A stretch of DNA of 64,000 bases from Candidatus Microsaccharimonas sossegonensis (GTDB taxonomy: Bacteria; Patescibacteriota; Saccharimonadia; Saccharimonadales; Saccharimonadaceae). Under the pieces are notes generated by a model. It was not told where the DNA came from. It saw nothing but the letters and a program-made list of their open reading frames with translations, and searched no databases. Position numbers and translations under genes: made by a program. This document shows positions 58,079 to 64,000 of the stretch, one piece after another. Each line of letters begins with the position of its first letter. Within the stretch, counting starts at the first letter, position 1. Where the stretch lies: NCBI GenBank assembly GCA_004100325.1, contig SCKX01000001.1, forward strand, positions 291,453 to 355,452. Direction: 5' to 3'.

Positions 58079-58947
58079 ATCACCACAAAAAAGAGGTACC
58101 ACTAATTGTGATTGTGGGTCCGACTGCCAGTGGTAAATCAAAGCTTGCCATTGAACTAGCCGAGCAATATAAAGGTGAAATTATTGCTGCCGATTCACGC
58201 ACTATTTATAAGGATATGGATATTGGGACGGCAAAGCCAAGCAAAGCAGACCAAAAACGAGTACCGCACTGGGGACTCGACCTTATCGCGCCGAACGAGT
58301 CATTTTCAGCAGCAGTTTTTAAAGCTTATGCTGTCCAAAAAATTGCCGAAATCCGGGCGCGCGGTCACGTACCGTTTCTGGTTGGAGGCACCGGTTTATA
58401 CGTTGATAGTGTCGTTTTTGATTATCAATTTGGTCCGGTCGCAGACCCTGAAAAGCGTGCCGAACTCGAACACATGAGCCTCGCAGCACTGCATAACTAT
58501 TGTATTCAAAACAACATTACGCTACCAGAAAATGATAAGAACAAGCGCTATGTCATTCGTGCGATTGAACAAAAAAGCATAAGCACAAAGAGGTCAGAGT
58601 TACCAATTGATAACTGCATCATTGTCGGAATTACTACGGATCGCGAGGTGTTGCGTCAACGAATTCATATAAGATGCAAACAACTATTTGACGATGGAGT
58701 CGCTTTGGAAGCAAAAAAGTTGGGCGAAATATATGGCTGGGAAAACGAAGCTATGACAGGCAATGTGTACCGTTTAGCACGCCAATATCTAAACAACGAA
58801 ATCACTGAATCTGAGTTCAAGGTAAAGAACGAAACAGCGGACTGGCAGCTTGCCAAAAGACAGCTGACCTGGATGAAGCGTAACCCATTTATTCATTGGC
58901 TGTCTTTAGAAAACGTACAAAATTACATTGCTAAGTATCTCGCGTAG
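58063..58947 (+). CDS. miaA: tRNA dimethylallyltransferase
   Basis: GPTASGKS, ADSRTIYKDMDIGTAKP, VGGTGLY, LAKRQLTW. Confidence 0.95.
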   Translation: MATRLDHHKKEVPLIVIVGPTASGKSKLAIELAEQYKGEIIAADSRTIYKDMDIGTAKPSKADQKRVPHWGLDLIAPNESFSAAVFKAYAVQKIAEIRARGHVPFLVGGTGLYVDSVVFDYQFGPVADPEKRAELEHMSLAALHNYCIQNNITLPENDKNKRYVIRAIEQKSISTKRSELPIDNCIIVGITTDREVLRQRIHIRCKQLFDDGVALEAKKLGEIYGWENEAMTGNVYRLARQYLNNEITESEFKVKNETADWQLAKRQLTWMKRNPFIHWLSLENVQNYIAKYLA

Positions 58948-59010
58948 CCACTATTGACGTGGTATGATAGAACACGAAAGTTATGCATACACGTGCGGAA
59001 GGGAAGAGAG

Positions 59011-59616
59011 ATGATTGATGCGTTGTTCGGCTCAAAAACTCGGGTGAAATTATTGCACCTGTTCTTGAATCACCCTGGACAATCTTTTTATGTGCGTGAA
59101 ATTACTCGTCTGATCGACGAACAAATTAATTCTGTTCGCCGTGAATTATCGAACATGCTTGAAGTCGGTGTAATTACGAGTGATAGCAGCGATAACAAGC
59201 TGTTCTATCAGGTCAATCAGCGCTACGACTTTTATACAGCATTGCGGGCAATCTTCGCCAATGAACCGATTAACGCCAGTAAACCGACGCTTTCTGGTGG
59301 GGAAGCAGTTAGTGAACAGTACCTCAGCGCAATAGCTGACATTGCGGCGCTGCGCATCGCCATTTTGTCGGGAATACTTGTAAAAGGCTCGACGAGTGTG
59401 ATTGATGTCCTTTTGGTAGGAACACTGCCGACTGCTAAGGTAAAAGCTGCGATGGGTATCATCGAAAAGCTGGAAGGTCGCGAGATCAACTATAGTGTCA
59501 TGTCGTATGATGACTTCTACTATCGTTTGAGCGTGCGTGATAAATTTATTACTGAAATCCTTAACTCAAAGCACACTGTCGCTCTCGATAAAGATGGTGT
59601 CCTCAGTCAGCCATAG
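59011..59616 (+). CDS. Winged-helix regulator fused to a degenerate nucleotidyltransferase-like domain
   Basis: LFGSKTRVKLL, YVREITRL, NSVRRELSN (wHTH); C-terminal IDVLLVG, EINYSVM..DDF.YR. Confidence 0.65.
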   Translation: MIDALFGSKTRVKLLHLFLNHPGQSFYVREITRLIDEQINSVRRELSNMLEVGVITSDSSDNKLFYQVNQRYDFYTALRAIFANEPINASKPTLSGGEAVSEQYLSAIADIAALRIAILSGILVKGSTSVIDVLLVGTLPTAKVKAAMGIIEKLEGREINYSVMSYDDFYYRLSVRDKFITEILNSKHTVALDKDGVLSQP

Positions 59617-59662
59617 CATATCGTCGCTAGATCAGAATTAATGACAAAAAAAGGAAGAACAT

Positions 59663-60298
59663 ATGTTTGAAATTGAATATAAAGGTGCAAATAGCGTTAG
59701 TATCTCTACGAAAAAGTCGGTTTTAGTGACGGATCCAAAGCTTTCACTGGTAGGCCTGAAAGATGTATCAACGAAAGATGCCGTAGAACTGGCAACGGAA
59801 GCTCGTTTTGCGCTACATAGCGAAAACGCCCGTCTCAATATTGAAGGTCCAGGCGAATATGGCGTTGCCGATTTTGATATTAAAGGAATTGCTGCTCGAA
59901 GGCACCTTGATAGCGAGGCGCAGCCACTTATGTCGACGATATATCGCGTTGAAATTAATGAAACACGCATTGCGATCGTTGGAAACATCTATGAAAAGTT
60001 GTCAGAAGCGCAGCTTGAGGATATTGGCCTGATTGACATCTTGATTATTCCCGTTGGTGGCAACGGCTATACACTTGATGTGACCGGCGCCGCATCAGTG
60101 ATTCGTTCAATCGATCCAAAAATCGTCATTCCTGTGCATTACGCTGATGCTGGCATTACATATGAAGTACAGCAGGATTCTTTAGAGACATTCACCAAAG
60201 AACTGGGCGCTCCGGTTGAAGAACTACCGAAGTTTAGGCTGAAACAAGGCGCAGCGCTGCCACCAGTGCTCACAACTGTTGTTTTAACACGTGCGTAA
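59663..60298 (+). CDS. Metallo-beta-lactamase-fold protein lacking HxHxDH
   Basis: TDP, GPGEY, IDILIIPVGG, P..VIPVHY; the metal-motif position reads LATEARF. Confidence 0.65.
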   Translation: MFEIEYKGANSVSISTKKSVLVTDPKLSLVGLKDVSTKDAVELATEARFALHSENARLNIEGPGEYGVADFDIKGIAARRHLDSEAQPLMSTIYRVEINETRIAIVGNIYEKLSEAQLEDIGLIDILIIPVGGNGYTLDVTGAASVIRSIDPKIVIPVHYADAGITYEVQQDSLETFTKELGAPVEELPKFRLKQGAALPPVLTTVVLTRA

Positions 60299-60326
60299 TC
60301 TGCACCGACGCTTAGACACTTAAAAC

Positions 60327-60363
60327 AAAAAACTCCTCATTAGATATATGCGAGGGGTTTTTT
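60327..60363. terminator. Bidirectional terminator before the rpmB end
   Basis: AAAAAACTCCTC...GAGGGGTTTTTT. Confidence 0.7.
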
Positions 60364-60387
60364 GCGGCGGCTTATTCTAACAGCTAC

Positions 60388-60609
60388 TCACTGCGTAGCG
60401 ACCGCTGATCCTTTTACGGGCAGGATACCTTTTTTCTTGAGGGTACGAATGGCTTGGGTCGAAAGTACCATGGTAACTTTTTGGCCCTCAAATTCAAAAG
60501 TCTTCTTTTGAAGGTTGGGTTTGAAAACGCGGTTAGTCCGACGCAAAGAGAAGCTAACGTTGTTGCCAAATTGCTTTCCTTTTCCGGTGAGTTCACATCG
60601 TGCGACCAT
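60388..60609 (-). CDS. rpmB: 50S ribosomal protein L28
   Basis: [31 protein letters not shown]; start moved to ATG 60609. Confidence 0.94.
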   Translation of the reverse strand: MVARCELTGKGKQFGNNVSFSLRRTNRVFKPNLQKKTFEFEGQKVTMVLSTQAIRTLKKKGILPVKGSAVATQ

Positions 60610-60677
60610 AATGTACTTCATTTTACCCTTTTTACCTCTGAGAGTCAAGCGTTCGCCGATCTGGTATACTAATAAAT

Positions 60678-61313
60678 ATGGATTTTATAGTCAGTATTAT
60701 TATTGTGCTAGGGATTTTGCTGCTGTCGATGACGCTTCACGAGGCAATGCACGGTTTTATTGCCTTTTGGTTAGGCGATGACACAGCAAAAAGAGAAGGG
60801 CGATTAACCCTTAACCCGATTAAGCATCTAGATCCGTTTCTTTCAGTCATCCTTCCATTGGCGCTGTTTTTAGTTGGTGCGCCCGTCTTTGGAGGAGCAA
60901 AACCAGTTCCCTTTAATCCCGACAGAGTCAAAGGGGAAGAGTGGGGGGCTGCGCTCGTCGCTGCTGCCGGTCCTATAACGAACTTGGTGATCGCGTTTAT
61001 TACTTTTGGTATATGGGCTGTTCTGGGTGCGCCTGGTGCGTCGAGCCTTGCTGGGCAGATACTCATCACAGCCTACACAATTAACCTTGGTTTCTTTATC
61101 TTTAACAGCATTCCAATACCACCACTGGATGGATCCCGGGTCATGTATGCGCTTGCCCCTGATTTTGTCAGGACAGGTATGCGGGCAATTGAGCGCTATG
61201 GAATTATCTTTGTTTTTGCGATCGTACTTCTCTTTAATGGTGTCATTGGAAAAATAATTTTAACCGTCATGAACTTCTTTATTGGTGTCTTTGCGGGCAT
61301 TTTCCAGGTATAA
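60678..61313 (+). CDS. Site-2 protease family (M50) membrane metalloprotease
   Basis: [20 protein letters not shown]. Confidence 0.92.
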   Translation: MDFIVSIIIVLGILLLSMTLHEAMHGFIAFWLGDDTAKREGRLTLNPIKHLDPFLSVILPLALFLVGAPVFGGAKPVPFNPDRVKGEEWGAALVAAAGPITNLVIAFITFGIWAVLGAPGASSLAGQILITAYTINLGFFIFNSIPIPPLDGSRVMYALAPDFVRTGMRAIERYGIIFVFAIVLLFNGVIGKIILTVMNFFIGVFAGIFQV

Positions 61314-61387
61314 TACCTGCATTTTTTACTACGATAACGCTGTGTGATTTCAGTATTATCTCAGAATTGCGGTGTTATACTTAATAA

Positions 61388-61540
61388 TGCCTAAGGGGCA
61401 AAAAACTGTAAGTGTATATGATTTTCCGATATCATAGATTAGGGAAGCCAACATACCTTATTTCCGTGGAAATAAGCTGAGGCCAACCACCTTGCACACA
61501 CGCGGGGAATATCATAACGTTTACTGTTTTCCCTTGGGCA
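61388..61540 (+). ncRNA. Candidate 6S-like RNA
   Basis: TG-T-TATACT (61373-61381) promoter; closing stem TGCCTAAGGG/CCCTTGGGCA; further pairing TATGAT/ATCATA and TTCC/GGAA; central unpaired segments GGGAAGCCAACAT and ACCTTGCAC; short apical hairpin CTTATTTCC/GGAAATAAG. Confidence 0.5.
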
Positions 61541-61724
61541 CATAGCTTTATTTTAGCAACACCCCCTAGAGAGGTGATTTTTTATTATTTCTGCTAGTGA
61601 TTTGACGAATTAATAGTATTATGGTATTTTTCAGTTAGTTAGAGTTTTCTAACCAGAGGGACGTAATTTACCCTCGATCAGACGCGGGTGTGAATCCGCT
61701 AGACATCTGAAAGGATGTAGTAGA

Positions 61725-62015
61725 ATGGGACGTAGTCGTCATCCGCAAGGATGCACCTGTTCCGATTGTAATGCTCGCTACTTCAAGCGACTGCGCTCGG
61801 GAGGTTGGACACCTCGCGCAGTGGGAACGATTGACGGTGGTGATCCGGTGACATTCCGCGAGGGAACTGGCGAGAACGAGGGTCACACGTTGATTGCCGA
61901 TGGTGATCTGTCGGCACGTCAGTTTGACGCGAATCACAACCACTATGGTTCGAGGCGAGAAGGTGGTGGAGAATTCTCTGAAGACAGAGGAGCCTATACC
62001 GGTCCTGATCATTAG
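61725..62015 (+). CDS. Small hypothetical protein with H-x3-C-x-C-x2-C and HNHYG motifs
   Basis: 96-aa ORF downstream of promoter TTGACG(61602)-17-TATTTT(61625) and a structured leader. Confidence 0.45.
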   Translation: MGRSRHPQGCTCSDCNARYFKRLRSGGWTPRAVGTIDGGDPVTFREGTGENEGHTLIADGDLSARQFDANHNHYGSRREGGGEFSEDRGAYTGPDH

Positions 62016-62080
62016 CATGACGTCTTGAGCTGGGACGTAAACTCAGCTCATAAACTATTAAATGGAAGTACGCTGTTACT

Positions 62081-62431
62081 ATGGGCAATGAAGAATATTT
62101 AGATGGTGTTGAACTTAAAGAAAGTAAAAACAGTGAGGTGCTGTTACTCGAATTAGGTTTGTTACTGTACGAGTCTTTAATAAATAGTGAAACGCTTCCA
62201 GAGGTTGAGCTGCTTGTGGGCGTTGTACTCGAATATTCACAAATGGTGAGTCAATATGCCGATAAAACTGGTCGTCTTCAAGAGAGTCTTGCGGTTGATC
62301 TTAATGAAGCCGTCCAATTTAAGCGTACTTTGCTGACGGAAGGCGAATCAGCTGATGACTGGATGGTCTATGCTAATGGCTTTAAGGCTAATCTTATGTC
62401 AGCTGCTCAAGACCTTGAAGTAAACCTGTAG
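62081..62431 (+). CDS. Acidic helical hypothetical protein
   Basis: 116 aa, Glu/Leu-rich, AT-rich DNA. Confidence 0.5.
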   Translation: MGNEEYLDGVELKESKNSEVLLLELGLLLYESLINSETLPEVELLVGVVLEYSQMVSQYADKTGRLQESLAVDLNEAVQFKRTLLTEGESADDWMVYANGFKANLMSAAQDLEVNL

Positions 62432-62490
62432 TCTATTTTTTGGTATAAATTTCTATATTATGTGTCCATCAGCCTTTGAGAGAACTGATT

Positions 62491-62784
62491 ATGGATATAA
62501 ATGAACTACATAAATTATTAGATACTACAGAACTATCACGAGATACTAAGCGAACTGAGTTAATTTCGTTCCTAAAGTCTATTAACGGCGTATTACACGC
62601 TTACCCTGAAAAAAGTAGGGAAGTTGCGTACGATATTGCTGGTATTTTATCAACTGAATATGCACGGTCGTTGTCGGATAAAAATATAGACAGTATACTT
62701 ACCTTAGCCGGTGAATTAGAAAGTGAAGAGGATTTGAACAATTCAAATTGGTATCTATTGGCAAATCTTATAAATGAGCTTTAA
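62491..62784 (+). CDS. Acidic helical hypothetical protein (immunity-protein-like in size and charge)
   Basis: 97 aa from ATG 62491, AT-rich, followed by a terminator. Confidence 0.5.
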   Translation: MDINELHKLLDTTELSRDTKRTELISFLKSINGVLHAYPEKSREVAYDIAGILSTEYARSLSDKNIDSILTLAGELESEEDLNNSNWYLLANLINEL

Positions 62785-62806
62785 GGCATAAAATAATTCA
62801 CGACGA

Positions 62807-62830
62807 GGACTTCGCGGGAAGTCTTTTTTT
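62807..62830 (+). terminator. Intrinsic terminator
   Basis: GGACTTC-gcgg-GAAGTCT plus T tract. Confidence 0.7.
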
Positions 62831-62875
62831 ATTGCTATGTTACAATAAACATGAACGGAATTTATTAAACAAAAA

Positions 62876-63772
62876 ATGAAACAGCGTTTATCGGTTCGAG
62901 CAATCATTAACGACGGTGGTAAGGCGCTTGTTGTACGCCGTGCTAATGGGCGCCCGACGATCCTTGGGAAATACGAGTTACCCGGGGGAAAGCTGGCATA
63001 TAACGAACAGCCGGAAGATGCGCTTCGCCGCTACTTACACGATGACATTGGAATGCATGTAAAGTCGGCACAATTGTTTGATGTTGTGACGTACATCGAC
63101 CACGACGATCGAGGCATTCAGTATGCGGTGATTGTGTACTTGGTGATGCCAGCAGAAACGAACCGGCCGATCAAACTCAGCGGTAATTACAACAAGTATA
63201 AGTATAGCGTGATGTCACAATTTCAACAGAACGAACTGACCGATTTAACACAACTTTTGTTGGGAATTATACAACAAGAAGAAATAACAGATAAAACTTT
63301 CAAAACGGTTAAGGTTTCTGGTGCTAAAAATACATCGGATGACATGATTACGATTTTTTCTGATGGAGGATCGCGGGGTAATCCTGGACCGTCTGCAGCT
63401 GGTTACGTCATCCTCGATTCTAGCCAACAAGTCATTGCTGAGGGGGGAGAATACCTTGGCATCACAACTAACAACCAGGCCGAGTACCATGGTGTCCGCT
63501 TGGGTCTAGAAAAAGCGATCGAACTAAAATGTAAGCGCGTTGATTTTAAACTTGATAGTATGTTGGTGGTCAATCAAATGAAAGGCTTTTATAAAATCAA
63601 GAACCGTGAACTATGGCCAATTCACGAACGCATCCGTGGATTGATGACAAAATTCGAGAGGGTAACTTTTTATCATGTGATGCGTGAGTTTAATCAATTA
63701 GCTGACGGAATGGTCAATAAAACCCTTGACGAGCATATGAACGAGCGTGCAGAGGATCAGCAGCAAACCTAA
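62876..63772 (+). CDS. NUDIX-like domain fused to RNase HI (archaeal/mycobacterial type)
   Basis: N-terminal YELPGG...ALRRYLHDDIG; C-terminal FSDGGSRGNPG, TNNQAEY, DSMLVVNQM, REFNQLADGMVN. Confidence 0.85.
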   Translation: MKQRLSVRAIINDGGKALVVRRANGRPTILGKYELPGGKLAYNEQPEDALRRYLHDDIGMHVKSAQLFDVVTYIDHDDRGIQYAVIVYLVMPAETNRPIKLSGNYNKYKYSVMSQFQQNELTDLTQLLLGIIQQEEITDKTFKTVKVSGAKNTSDDMITIFSDGGSRGNPGPSAAGYVILDSSQQVIAEGGEYLGITTNNQAEYHGVRLGLEKAIELKCKRVDFKLDSMLVVNQMKGFYKIKNRELWPIHERIRGLMTKFERVTFYHVMREFNQLADGMVNKTLDEHMNERAEDQQQT

Positions 63773-63802
63773 AAGCTTTAGCTTGGTGTATAATGCTATC
63801 AG

Positions 63803-64000
63803 GCAGTTCATTAGACGACCGCTTGCCATAAAACAGCAAGAGGAAAGTCCGGGCAGCATAGGATATGGCAGTTGTTAACGGCAACCGGGGGTAACCCTAG
63901 GGAAAGTGCCACAGAAACAAAACCGCCTGCTAGATTTCGATCTGGGAGGTAAGGGTGAAATGAGTGGGGTAAGAGCCCACAGCGTCATATGGCGACATAT
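63803..64000 (+). ncRNA. rnpB: RNase P RNA, 5' part (truncated by the window end)
   Basis: GAGGAAAGTCCGGGC, GAAAGTGCCACAGAAA, GGGTGAAA...GGTAAGAGCCCAC; TATAAT 63789-63794 upstream; the 5' end is approximate. Confidence 0.93.

Noticed and set aside
61700-61756. CsrA/RsmA binding sites (AAGGATG twice)
   Set aside because: The GGA triplets lie in stems rather than loops in the best local fold, and there is no csrA in the window. They are kept only as repeated GNRA hairpins.
61668-62088. Minus-strand ORFs 61668-62018 and 61783-62088
   Set aside because: The promoter and start context favour the plus-strand 61725 ORF, and these ORFs have no recognisable motifs.
63340-63772. Reverse-transcriptase-like domain suggesting a retron or DGR
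   Set aside because: The motifs are those of RNase HI (DGGSRGNPG, NxAEY, DS). There is no YxDD polymerase motif and no template/variable repeat pair.

Overview
A 64-kb chromosomal segment of a small-genome bacterium, most likely Candidatus Saccharibacteria (TM7, Patescibacteria/CPR). This is inferred from gene content and protein style, not from an rRNA marker. It uses the standard code, since TGA terminates polA and pilM. Core genes include an HrpA-like helicase, polA, mutM, holA, rpsT, truB, rpsO, pnp, udg, rnj, ftsK, rpsF-ssb-rpsR-efp, tlyA, ychF, uppP, ndk, sodA, thrS, miaA and rpmB. It also holds a complete type IV pilus locus (putative adhesins, pilMNO, pilB, pilT, pilC, pilin, pilD, four minor pilins) followed by a Xer-type recombinase. 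RNA genes are four tRNAs (Arg-CCT, Asp-GTC, Thr-CGT, Val-GAC), a T-box leader before thrS, the 5' part of rnpB and a candidate 6S-like RNA. I see no CRISPR array, prophage or intact IS. The most notable observations are: (1) two copies of a giant-hairpin element that share a 42-nt core but have unrelated, self-complementary outer arms; (2) two tandem pilus-associated genes that look like complementary halves or alternative N-termini of one adhesin; (3) an actinobacterial-type WhiB; (4) a 6S-like RNA; (5) a duplicated tRNA-Arg 5' end with an internal antisense copy; (6) pervasive leaderless gene starts; (7) an unannotated 41-aa ORF with a near-consensus promoter; (8) several enzyme folds with lost catalytic residues. 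All family calls come from motif reading and recall; no database search was run.
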